A stretch of 36,649 bases of DNA. Source: Armatimonadota bacterium. GTDB taxonomy: Bacteria > Armatimonadota > UBA10988. A model generated the notes under the pieces. That model was not told where the DNA came from. It saw only the letters and a list, made by a program, of their open reading frames with translations, and ran no database searches. The translations under genes were made by a program, and so were the position numbers. Below are positions 18,839 through 28,600 of the stretch, one piece after another. The stretch is from contig JACRKZ010000118.1 of assembly GCA_016235455.1 (NCBI GenBank), positions 1 to 36,649 on the forward strand, in the 5' to 3' direction. The first letter of the stretch is position 1; every line of letters starts with the position of its first letter.

Positions 18839-19606
18839 CGTCAGCGATTTGGACAGCTCGGCCACCAGATAGGGCACCCGGAAGACCAGGTTCTTCGTGT
18901 TCGAGTCCTGCATCAACTGGCCGTTGAGCAGGCTCTGGATGCCCAGTTCGTGCGGGTCGGCAATCTCGTCGCGCGTGACCAGCCAGGGCCCGAGCGGCGC
19001 GAAGGTGTTGAAGCTCTTGGCATGGACCCACTGCCGGCCGCCATCGCCCACCTGCACGTCGCGGGCCGAGACATCGTTGCAGCAGGTGTAGCCCGCCACG
19101 TAGTCGTAGGCGTTCTCCTCGAGCACATCGCACGCCTCGCGCCCGATGACCACGGCCAGTTCCGCCTCGTAGTCGACCTTCTCGGTGACCGTGGGCAGCG
19201 GCAACACGATGGGCTGACCGCAGCCCGCGACGGCCGAGGGGAACTTGCAGAACAGCGTGATCACCTGCGGCTCCGGCAAGCCCTGCTCCTCGCAGTGGTC
19301 GCGGTAGTTCAGGCCGATGGCCAGGATCTTCTGCGGGTCGGGCACCGGCGGCAGCAGCGTCACCTCGAACAGATCGAAGGCCACGCCGGCCAGGCCGACG
19401 GCGTCCTCCCGGTCCACGGCGGCCAGGATGTGCCGCGCCTGGGCCAGGCCGGGCTCACCCATGGCCAGCAAGGCCTTCATGCTGGGCGCCAGCACCCCGA
19501 GGCCGTCGGGCAGGAGTGCCGCGGCGGCGTTGAGGTCGATGAGTCGTCCCTCGTGCCAGGCGCCCACACGGGTGCGGTCGTCCACAAAGAAGCTAGCGAG
19601 TTTCAT
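18689..19606 (-). CDS. Fumarylacetoacetate hydrolase (FAH) family protein
   Basis: KILAIGLNYRDH, DYEAELAVVIG, NDVSARD, KSFNTFAPLGP, LLPGDIITTGTPGGVG. AAGGAGG RBS and ATGA overlap with the upstream gene. Confidence 0.95.
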   Translation of the reverse strand: MKLASFFVDDRTRVGAWHEGRLIDLNAAAALLPDGLGVLAPSMKALLAMGEPGLAQARHILAAVDREDAVGLAGVAFDLFEVTLLPPVPDPQKILAIGLNYRDHCEEQGLPEPQVITLFCKFPSAVAGCGQPIVLPLPTVTEKVDYEAELAVVIGREACDVLEENAYDYVAGYTCCNDVSARDVQVGDGGRQWVHAKSFNTFAPLGPWLVTRDEIADPHELGIQSLLNGQLMQDSNTKNLVFRVPYLVAELSKSLTLLPGDIITTGTPGGVGLHRDPPVFLRCGDSISVSIERIGTLTNPVVAQG

Positions 19607-20653
19607 GCCTTCTCCTCCTTGATGCCGGTGAGCACGGCGTAGGCATCGCGCGCCACCACAATCTCCTCGTCGGTGTTGACCGTCACCACGGCCACCGCGG
19701 AGTCCGCTGCCGAGATGATGCCCTCAGCCCCACGCAGGTTGGCGGCCCGGTCCAGCCGCAGGCCGATCCAGTCCAGATCCCGGCACACCAACTCGCGCAG
19801 CAGAGCGTCGTTCTCGCCGATGCCACCGGTGAAGGCCAGCGCATCCAGACCGCCCGTAGCCATCAGGCATGACCCGATCCAGCGGCGGATGTTCCAAACG
19901 AACACCTCGATGGCCAGTTGCGCGTTGCCGTTGCCCTGGGCCGCGGCCGCCTCGATATCGCGGAGGTCACCGCCGACGCCGCTGAGCCCGGCCAGGCCGG
20001 ACTCCCGGGTCAGACGCTCGTTGAGCTGCTCGACGGTCAGGCCGGCGTGCTCCAGCAGGTAGGTCAGCACGAACGGGTCGAAGTCGCCCGACCGCGTCGA
20101 CATCGGCGTGCCCGACTGCGGCGTGAAGGCGCTGGAGATCTCCACCGACCGGCCATGCCGCACGCCGCACACGCTGGTGCCCGAGCCCAGATGGCAGATG
20201 ACCGTGCGCAGTGCCGCACTGGGGCATGTCGGGTCGCAACTCGGCCAGTGCCGCCACGGCGCGCAGCACTGGCGGGTTGTGGACCGGCACCACCGCGGCG
20301 TAACGCTCCAGCGCGGCGATGACGTGGCCGTCGATGCGCACGGCGCCGGTCGCCTCCTCGCCACCGTGCGGCAGCTTGTGGGCCACGGCCGAGAGTTCCT
20401 CGAGGCTGTCCAGCAGCCCATGCTCAGGGTGAACGAGCAGATCCAGCACAGCGCGGATGCCCTGCAGATGATCGGGGACCGGCGCCGCGATGCTGATCGG
20501 CTCGCGACCCGCCACCCGATGCGTCAGCACAGCTTGGTCGGTGCCCAGGCGGTCGATATGGCCCGAGCAGACCACCGTCTCGTCGGGCATGGCATAGAGC
20601 CGGTACTTGAGGCTGCTGCCTCCGCTGTTGAGGACTAGGATGGTCACTGGCAT
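19603..20653 (-). pseudogene. ackA: Acetate/propionate kinase family gene with internal deletion and frameshift
   Basis: The N-half (ILVLNSGGSSLKY, HGG, PVHNP, to PDMPQC) is in one frame. The C-half (ICHLGSGTS, TRSGDFDP, SGLAGLSG, FTGGIGEN, TDEE) is in another. The conserved FDTAFH...RYGFHGTSH block is missing at about 20212-20215. Confidence 0.85.
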
Positions 20654-20762
20654 CTCTCGCGCCAGCCTGGTTCGCCAGCCCGCCCACAGCACCTTCCGCG
20701 GCGCCGGTGGTGGAGGCGTGGCGCGACGCTTGGTGAAATACTCCGTCAACAGGAGCGGGAGC

Positions 20763-22328
20763 ATGGGTGCGTCGAAGGTGATCGGTGGCGTTCCGGTGAT
20801 GCGGTACGGTGATCCGTCCGCGGTGTGCTATATCGGGGCGGTCAGGGCCCTGCTGGCGCACCTGGGCGACCCCATCGCCGAGGACGAGTTGATCGCGCTC
20901 AGTGGCGTGGGGTTGTGCTTCCCGTGGCGGGTCGACACGCCCTGCGATGAGGTCACGGTCATTCCCGAAATCCCCCAGCGCACCTTCGACGCGCTGGGCT
21001 ACGAGAGCGAGTACTTTGGCGAGCAGGTCGCATCGGGCACGGCGGACGGGGCGGTGGGCCAGCGCGCGTACTCACGCGAGTTCTACCTGGGCCAGATCCG
21101 AGCGTCGATTGACGCGGGTCGACCCGTGGTCGCCTTTGGCGTCACGAACGAGGAGCCGTACACCTGTCTCGTCGTCGGCTATGACGAGCAGGGCCTGTTC
21201 ACGCGCGCGTTCTGGCCGCCGCACGGCGAGCCGCGCGATAGCGAGGCGTACTTCCACTCGACTGACTGGTACGAGAAGTGCGCCGGGATCCTGGTCGTCG
21301 GCGCCAGGACCGGCGAGCGCCTCACGGGCAAGGCCGCCTACGGCCGGATCGCCGAGTGGGCGCTGGCCTTCCGCTGCACCGACAGCCGGACGGTCAGCCC
21401 GGCGGAGATCCCGATCAACCGCGCGGCCCTCCCGGCCATGGGCCGCTGGCTCCGTGATGACGCCGCCTGGGAGACCGAGGAGCAGGTTCGCGCGAACGAC
21501 ATCTGGCTCAGGCCCTGCGGCCTGCTGCTGCTGGCCTACTACCGCGACCACCTTTACTCGTACCTGTGGCGGCTCCACAGTGAGCACCCAGGCGTGGTCA
21601 ACCTACCCGCGTTGGTGGAGCTGGAACGCATGAAGCGGCTCCGTGAGAGCACGCCCTACCCCGAGGACGTTCTGGGCCTGCGCGATCGCGAGGTGCGAGG
21701 CCGGCTAGCGGACCACGTGACAAAGCTCGAACACTGCGACAACTCTCTGCAGTGGACGCTGTTCATGCCTGACTTCGTCAAACGCCAGTCGGTGGGCTTT
21801 GAGCTGCGGCGCTTGGAGTACCGCGAATACCCCGCGATGCGCTTCATCGGCGCGGAAGGCGACGAGTACGACGATGCCGAGCGCCGCCAGGCGCTGTTCG
21901 CCGCTCTGGACGCGCTGGCGGACCACAGGTCCGGCTTCGACCACGACCTGCGGCTCATGCACCATAACGGGCACGGGATCGACGACGACGAGGGCCGGTG
22001 GCACGGCGTCTGGGGCCGCTTCATGGCGGTCGACGCGCCGCTGCCCGAGGGCTTGACCGCGATCGACTTCGTCCCGCGCAACCCCGGCTCGCCCGGGCCA
22101 CCGTACCTGTCTCAGTTTGCCTACGCCGAGTTCGAGGGGGACGTAGCGGCCCTGCACTCTGGCCAGGGTTTCGACTGCGACGCGATGTACGATGTGACGC
22201 GCAACGTGATCCTGGGCGACGGCGTGGCCATCCCGTACCCCGAGCTGTACTGGACGGCGGAGGTGTTCCTCGCCGGCCACCAGAACCCCAGTTCGGCATA
22301 CCTGTTCTCGGTCTGCGCGCGAGAGTGA
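20763..22328 (+). CDS. Hypothetical two-domain protein (papain/C39-BtrH-like N-terminus, possibly GyrI-like C-terminus)
   Basis: AGGAG RBS before ATG 20763, long ORF filling the intergenic gap. N-terminal C...SG....F.W...IRASIDAGRPVV...LVVGYD and C-terminal YREYPAMRFIG...WTAEVF. Domain calls are tentative. Confidence 0.6.
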   Translation: MGASKVIGGVPVMRYGDPSAVCYIGAVRALLAHLGDPIAEDELIALSGVGLCFPWRVDTPCDEVTVIPEIPQRTFDALGYESEYFGEQVASGTADGAVGQRAYSREFYLGQIRASIDAGRPVVAFGVTNEEPYTCLVVGYDEQGLFTRAFWPPHGEPRDSEAYFHSTDWYEKCAGILVVGARTGERLTGKAAYGRIAEWALAFRCTDSRTVSPAEIPINRAALPAMGRWLRDDAAWETEEQVRANDIWLRPCGLLLLAYYRDHLYSYLWRLHSEHPGVVNLPALVELERMKRLRESTPYPEDVLGLRDREVRGRLADHVTKLEHCDNSLQWTLFMPDFVKRQSVGFELRRLEYREYPAMRFIGAEGDEYDDAERRQALFAALDALADHRSGFDHDLRLMHHNGHGIDDDEGRWHGVWGRFMAVDAPLPEGLTAIDFVPRNPGSPGPPYLSQFAYAEFEGDVAALHSGQGFDCDAMYDVTRNVILGDGVAIPYPELYWTAEVFLAGHQNPSSAYLFSVCARE

Positions 22329-22410
22329 CGGCGTCGCGCGGCGGCGCCACGGTGACCCTTGCAGGTGGCCGTGGTCAGGCGTGTTGCCTGGAGGTTACGC
22401 CCACCGTGCA

Positions 22411-22440
22411 TTGACGGAAGCCCCCTTCGGACCGTAGAAT
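22411..22440 (+). promoter_or_regulatory. Sigma70-type promoter of the GH57-glgC operon
   Basis: TTGACG (22411-22416), 18 bp, TAGAAT (22435-22440), 23 nt upstream of ATG 22464. Confidence 0.7.
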
Positions 22441-22463
22441 GGCCTGCGAGCGAGGGTCTCTTC

Positions 22464-24653
22464 ATGCCTGACAAGCCAGCCGCGGTGGCCTTCCTGTGGC
22501 ACATGCACCAACCGTGGTATGGGGATCCTCATGAGCCTCGCTTCCGCCTGCCCTGGGTCAGACTGCACGCGCTCAAGGACTACCTGGATATGGTCTGCGT
22601 GCTTGACGAGCACCCGGACGTCAAGGTCACCTTCAACCTCGTGCCGTCGCTGCTGCTGCAGATTCAGCACTATGTGGACGGCACCTACACCGACGATGTG
22701 CTCGATCTGACGGCGCGCCCGGCGGCCGATCTGGACGACCACGAGCGCACCTGGTGGATGCAGATGGGCTTCCAGATCGGCTGGGCCCGCAGCGTCGACC
22801 CCTACCCGCGCTACCGCCAGTTGCTGGACCTGCGCGGCCGCCGCACGCCCCGTGCGATGTGGGCCGAGCGTGCGCGTGCCTTCGCCGAGCAGGATCTGCG
22901 CGACCTGCAGGTGTGGTTCTCGCTGGCCTGGTGCGGCTACTGGCTGCGCTCGACCAACGAGGTGGTCAGGGGCCTCATCCAGAAGGGCCGCGATTTCACC
23001 GAAGACGACAAACGTACGTTGGCGGCCGAGTTGTCGGCGGCGCTGGGCCAGACCATCCCCAAGTACGCCACCGCGGCACGTGAGGGTCGCATCGAGATTG
23101 CCACCTCACCGTTCTACCACCCCATCCTGCCGCTGCTTTGCCACTACCCGGACGTGCGCGCGGCCATGCCGGCGGTGCGCCTGCCCGTGGGCCAGGTGGA
23201 CCTGCCGGACGACGCCACCACGCAACTCGTGCGCGGCCGGGAGCTGTGCACCCGGCTGACGGGCATCGAACCGGTCGGTCTGTGGCCGTCGGAGGGCTCG
23301 GTCTCCACGCCGGCCATGGAGCTGGCCAGCCAGGCCGGTTTCCGATGGGCCGCCACGGACGAGCACATCCTGGCGCTGTCGCTGCAGCATCGCTCCGACC
23401 CGCTGCACCGCTCGGGCCGCAACCCGCAGGGCGAGGACCTGGTGCAGCCGCACCGCCATGGCGACATGGCCATGTTCTTCCGGCACCACTACCTGTCGGA
23501 CCGCATCGGCTTCGACTACCACAACTGGGACTCCCGCGCCGCGGTGGGCGACCTGCTGGGCCAGGTGACCCAGGCGACGGCACGCGGCGGCTCGGTGCGA
23601 CGCCCGGTGGTCAGCCTCATCCTCGATGGTGAGAACTGCTGGGAGCAGTACCACCGCAACGGCTGGGAGTTCCTCAACACGCTGTACGCCGAGCTCGGCC
23701 GCCACAAGAGCCTGGACGCAGTGACCTTCTCGGACTACCTGGCCGACGAGCCGGAGCCGCCGCGGCTGGAGTACCTGTTCCCCGGCTCGTGGATCGGCCA
23801 CAACTTCCACATCTGGGCCGGCCATCGCGAGGATCAGCGGGCCTGGGAGCTGGTCTTCCAGACGCGCGCCGCCCTGATCTACGCCGAAGACCGGCTGGAC
23901 CCGGAGACCAAGCGCCGTTGCTGGGAGCACCTCTACATCGCCGAAGGCAGCGACTGGTACTGGTGGTACGGCGAGGACAACTACTCCGACGACGACCCCA
24001 TGTTCGACGCGCTGTTCCGCGACCACCTGCGCTCCATCTGGGAGGCGCTGGGTCTGCCGGTACCCGCGGCGCTCGACGAAGCCATCAAGGGCCAGCTCGC
24101 ACCGCCGCCGGCGGTGGCACCGGTGGCCGCCTTCACGCCCACGCTCGATGGGCGCGAGACGCACTTCTTTGAGTGGCGCGCGGCGGGCCTGCTGGGTGGG
24201 CCCGGTGTCGGCGGCGCCATGCAGCGCGCCAGCGGGGTCGAACAGTCCATCCTGCGACGCGTGCGCTACGGGTTCGACAACGACTGCCTCTACCTCGCGG
24301 TGGAGCTCGATGCGCCGGCCAGCGGCGCGCTGGATGACCCGGAGTGGTATCTGGGCCTGGAATGGTTCGCCAACGGTTGCTCGGCCACGTTGCGCATCCC
24401 GGCGCCAGGCGAGGTCGGCGTGCGCGATGTGGAAGTGACCGCCGACGGCGACCATCTGGCCCTGGTGGCGGTGGGTGACCTGGTGGAGATCGGCCTGGGC
24501 CGAGACTGCCTGCCAGCCGAAGCGGGTGACGTGGTGGAGTTCGCCATCACCGTGGGCTCCAATGGCCAGGTGGTCGACCGGTGGCCCAGCCAGGGCGCCT
24601 ACGATCTGACGCTGCCCGAGCCCACGGCCTGGCTGCGCGATTGGTTGGTGTAG
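22464..24653 (+). CDS. Glycoside hydrolase family 57 (amylopullulanase-like)
   Basis: GH57 conserved regions WHMHQP, PFYHPILPLL, WPSEGS (nucleophile Glu), LDGENCWE (acid/base Asp), AEGSDWYWWY. GAGGG RBS. Confidence 0.93.
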   Translation: MPDKPAAVAFLWHMHQPWYGDPHEPRFRLPWVRLHALKDYLDMVCVLDEHPDVKVTFNLVPSLLLQIQHYVDGTYTDDVLDLTARPAADLDDHERTWWMQMGFQIGWARSVDPYPRYRQLLDLRGRRTPRAMWAERARAFAEQDLRDLQVWFSLAWCGYWLRSTNEVVRGLIQKGRDFTEDDKRTLAAELSAALGQTIPKYATAAREGRIEIATSPFYHPILPLLCHYPDVRAAMPAVRLPVGQVDLPDDATTQLVRGRELCTRLTGIEPVGLWPSEGSVSTPAMELASQAGFRWAATDEHILALSLQHRSDPLHRSGRNPQGEDLVQPHRHGDMAMFFRHHYLSDRIGFDYHNWDSRAAVGDLLGQVTQATARGGSVRRPVVSLILDGENCWEQYHRNGWEFLNTLYAELGRHKSLDAVTFSDYLADEPEPPRLEYLFPGSWIGHNFHIWAGHREDQRAWELVFQTRAALIYAEDRLDPETKRRCWEHLYIAEGSDWYWWYGEDNYSDDDPMFDALFRDHLRSIWEALGLPVPAALDEAIKGQLAPPPAVAPVAAFTPTLDGRETHFFEWRAAGLLGGPGVGGAMQRASGVEQSILRRVRYGFDNDCLYLAVELDAPASGALDDPEWYLGLEWFANGCSATLRIPAPGEVGVRDVEVTADGDHLALVAVGDLVEIGLGRDCLPAEAGDVVEFAITVGSNGQVVDRWPSQGAYDLTLPEPTAWLRDWLV

Positions 24654-24655
24654 GC

Positions 24656-25655
24656 ATGTCCGATCTACGCAAGGATCCGGTGACCGAGCACTGGGTGGTG
24701 ATCGCCCCCGAGCGCGGCTGCTTCCCCTGGCCGATGCCGGCCGACGCCGCCTCGGCGCCCGAGGAGCTGAACCCCTTCATCGAAGGCCACGAGGCCTTCA
24801 CGCCACCCGAGCTATGGGCGGTGCGCGCGCCCGGCACGGCGCCCAACACGCCGGGCTGGTCGGTGCGCGTGGTGCCCAACCGCTTCCCGGCGCTGCGTGT
24901 CGAAGGCGAGTTGGCACCGTCGGGCGTGGGCGTATTCGACCAGATCAACGGCATCGGCGCGCACGAGGTCATCGTGGAGTCGCCAGACCCCGAGACCGAC
25001 TGGGCCGACATGAGCCCCGCGCACCTGCAACTGGTGCTGCTGGCCTACGCCGACCGCATCCGCGACCTGCGCCATGACGTGCGCCTGCGCTACCACACGG
25101 TCTTCCGCTGCCACGGCCGCGCCGCCGGCGCCACCATCGCGCACCCGCTCTCCCAGCTCGTGGGCCTGCCCATCATCCCGCCGCTGCCCATGGCCAAGCT
25201 GCGCTCCGCGCGTCAGCACTTCCGGGTCAAGGAGCGCAGCCTGTTCGCCGACCTGATCGCCCAGGAGCAGCGGCTCGAGCAGCGCGTAGTGCTGCAGAGC
25301 GACCGCTTCATCGTGCTCGCGCCCTATGCCTCACGGTCACCGTTCGAGTTGGTCATCTACCCGCTGCGCCAGTGTCACGACATCGTGCTTATGTCCGACG
25401 ACGAGCGCTTCGAGTTGGCCGATGTGCTCAAGAAGGTGCTGGGCCGAGCTGTTCACCGCGCCCAACACCACGCCGCGGCCCGGCCGTTCTGACATGTGGT
25501 CGAGCCTCGAGGTGGACTTCCGCTGGCACCTGGAGATCCTGCCGCAACTGGGGCCGCCGGGCGGCTTCGCCACGGCCACCGGTTGCTACGTGAATCCCGT
25601 CTCGCCCGAGGAGGCCGCCGCCTACCTGCGAGGGCTCAACGGTACGCGCTCATGA
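24656..25655 (+). pseudogene. galT: GalT-like (galactose-1-phosphate uridylyltransferase / ADP-glucose phosphorylase family), degenerate and frameshifted
   Basis: LRKDPVTEHWVVIAPER, VRVVPNRFPAL, GAHEVIVESP, PYASRSPFE in one frame. LFTAP...FRWHLEILP...GF..ATG.YVNPVSPEEAA.YLR in another. Break at about 25447. The second frame ends in an ATGA overlap with the next gene. Confidence 0.85.
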
Positions 25656-28600
25656 ATGACGATCTGCTGCAAGCCCTGCCGCCGGCCACGCGCCGCTGTG
25701 CCGCGCAGTTGCTGCGCGAGCACGGCAGCGGCATCGAGAGCCGGTGGCGTCCGCGGCTGGAGGAGCTCTTCACCGGCTTCGATCCGCTGGCACAGGTGCG
25801 GTTGGTGGAAGCACTGCTGGCCCTACCCAGCCAACTGGCCTATGCCATCGAGGTGCTCGACGAGACGCGCCTCACCGACCACCTGTGGAGTCTGGCCGAG
25901 ACGGCCTGGGGCCACGATGTGCCCTACCCCGCGGTGAGCCGCGCGCTGCGCCATCTCAACCGCAGCCTGCGCGCCATCCTGCGCGGCATCGAGCAGATCG
26001 CCGTGCCCGCGGCCGATGTGGCCACGCTCATCGAGGACCAGATCGACGAGTGCCGGCTGCGCGTCAACGGCTTCTACCACATGTTCTCCGAGCAACTCCT
26101 GCGCGACAGTGAGCAGCTCTCGCGCTTCCTGCTCAACCACATCAATCAGGCGGTCCTGGTGGTCAGTCTGGAGAACAGCCGTGTCCGCCTGGTCAACGCC
26201 GAAGCCGCCCGGCTGACGGGCTATCGCTCGGCCGAACTGCTCCAGCGCGACCTGCTCGACATGGTCTCGCCCGAGCATCGCGCCGTGATCGAGGGCGCGC
26301 TCAAGCGCTGCGGCACGTCGGGCTCGACGCACATCGAACCGGTGGCGCTGCTGACCGCCGAGGGAGACTCGCTGGCCACCGGCATGACCTTCGTGCAGGT
26401 GCGCCACGAGCAGGCGCTACGGCTGGCGCAGGTCATCGTCACCGAGTCGCACGCGACACATGACGAGGGCGACGCGGCCCAACATGGGGCCTTCTTCGAA
26501 GCGTTCGCCGAGCACACGGCGGACGCCGTCATGGTGGTCGACCTGGAGGACCGCGTTCGCTTCTGGAACAACGGCGCCGAGCGCATGTTCGGCTACACCG
26601 CCGAGGAGATGCTCAACGAGCCCGTGCTGCGCATGCTGCCGCCGGACTCGGGCCCGCAGGAGCTGCGTCAGCTCAATGCCATCGTCGAGCGCGACGGCTT
26701 CGTGCGTGACGTGGAAGCTGTGCGCCTGGCCAAGGACGGCCGTGCCATCGACTGCAACCTGACACGCACCGCGGTCTTCGACCCGGCCACGCGTCGGCGC
26801 ATCGGCACCTCGGTGGTCGTGCGCGACGTGACCGAGAAGCGGCGCCTGGAGCAGGATACTGCCCGCGCCGCGCGGCAACTGCGCATCATCAACCGCATCA
26901 TGGAGGCCACCAGCCGCACGCTGGACCGGACCGAGACCTACCGCACTATCGCCGCGCAGATCGACGAACTGCTGCCCTGCGACCTGCTGAGCATCAGTCT
27001 GCCCTTCGCCGACGACCAGCATGTGGTGGTCCATGTCATCAAGGGCGATGCCAACTACGCCACGGATGAAGAACTGCTCATCGAGCGCGACAGCACCATC
27101 CGTGAAGAGGCCGCGTGGCGCCAGTCGCCGCTGCGGGTCAACAACCTGGCGGCCTACTCGCAGTTGCGTACCGACGACGAGCAATTGGTGGCGCTGGGCT
27201 ATCGGTCGGTGCTGGTCACGCCGCTGGTCTATGACCTCGAAGCCATCGGCACTCTGATGCTCTGCGACCGCCGGCCCGACCGCTACAGCGCTGACGACGA
27301 GGAGTTGCTGGGCCACCTCAGCGGCCATTTCGCGGTGACCCTGGAGAACGCGCGGCGCTTCGAGGAGGAGCGCAAGCGCAGCGCCCAGTTCGAGCTGATC
27401 AACCGCGTGGGTGCCTCGGCCATCGCCAACATCGGCGACGTCGGCCGCCTGCTGCACAGCACCGTCGCGGCCATCCAGCAGGACTTCGGCTACCACGACG
27501 TGGCCATGTATGAGGCCGCCGACAACGACCGCGTGTTCCGGCTCCGAGCCCACGCCGGTCACCGCCGCGGCACGCTGGGCGAGAGCTACGAGCAGCCGAT
27601 CGATCAGGGCGTGTTCGGCGAAGTGCACCGCACGGGCGGCAGCTACCTGGTGCGCGACGTGTCGCGCGAACCGTTGTACTTCAACCCCGTGCCGGATGTC
27701 GAGCCGGCCCGCAGCGAGTTGTGCGTGCCCATCCGCGTGGGCCCACGCGTGCTCGGCGTGCTGGATGTCGAGAGCGATCGGCCCAACGGCTTCGATCCGC
27801 TCGACCAGGCCGCCATGGAGGCGCTGGCCGGCCTGCTGGCCCGCTGCATGACCGCCGACGAAACGCTGCGCCAGATGCGCATGTTCCAGGCGCTACGCCG
27901 GCACATCATGGAGGCCGTGCCCTCTGCCTTGCTGCTGCTCGACGAAGATCTGCGCGTGCAGTTCGTCAACCGGCGCTACCTGGAGTTCTACGGCCAGCAT
28001 GTGGACGACGTCATCGGTCGCTACTACACCGAGGTCTTCCCACCCAGCCTCATCGCCGAAAGCCACATGGCCGAGCTGATCGAGGATCTCAAGAACGACC
28101 TGGCGCCCATCGACCAGCGTGAGGTGCGCTACTTCGACCATGCCGGCGCCGAGCGCGTGGCCGACGTGCGCATGCGGATCGTCACCGAGTACCAGACCAA
28201 CATCGTGGTCATGCTGCACGACGCCACAGGCCGTATGGCGCGGTTCTACCAGTTGCAGATGCTGCGCGAGATCGGCGAGGAGATGCAGAAGATCCTCGAC
28301 ATCTCGCATCTGCTGCGCGCCATCCTGACCTGCGTCACCGCCGGTCCCGGCTTCGGCTTCAACCGCGCCGCGCTCTACCTGCTGAACAAGGACACCAACG
28401 AACTCGACGAGACGATGCGCGTCGGGCCCAGCAGTCTGGAGGAGGCCGGCGCCATCTGGCGCGAGGTGAGCCACAAGCGCACCTTGTCCGAGTTCCTGCG
28501 CGCCTATGACGAGGTGCATGAGGATCTCGGCCGGCGCCGCACCAAGCGGAGCATTCGCCTCACCGACGCCGACAACGACCTGCACCAGTGGCGCACGCCG

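Noticed and set aside
20200-25460. Programmed ribosomal frameshifting at the ackA and galT breaks
   Set aside because: No slippery heptamer at either junction, and conserved protein segments are physically missing.
25496-25651. N-terminal extension of the histidine kinase in the ORF track
   Set aside because: This DNA encodes the GalT-like C-terminus in another frame. The ATGA at 25652 is the coupled start.
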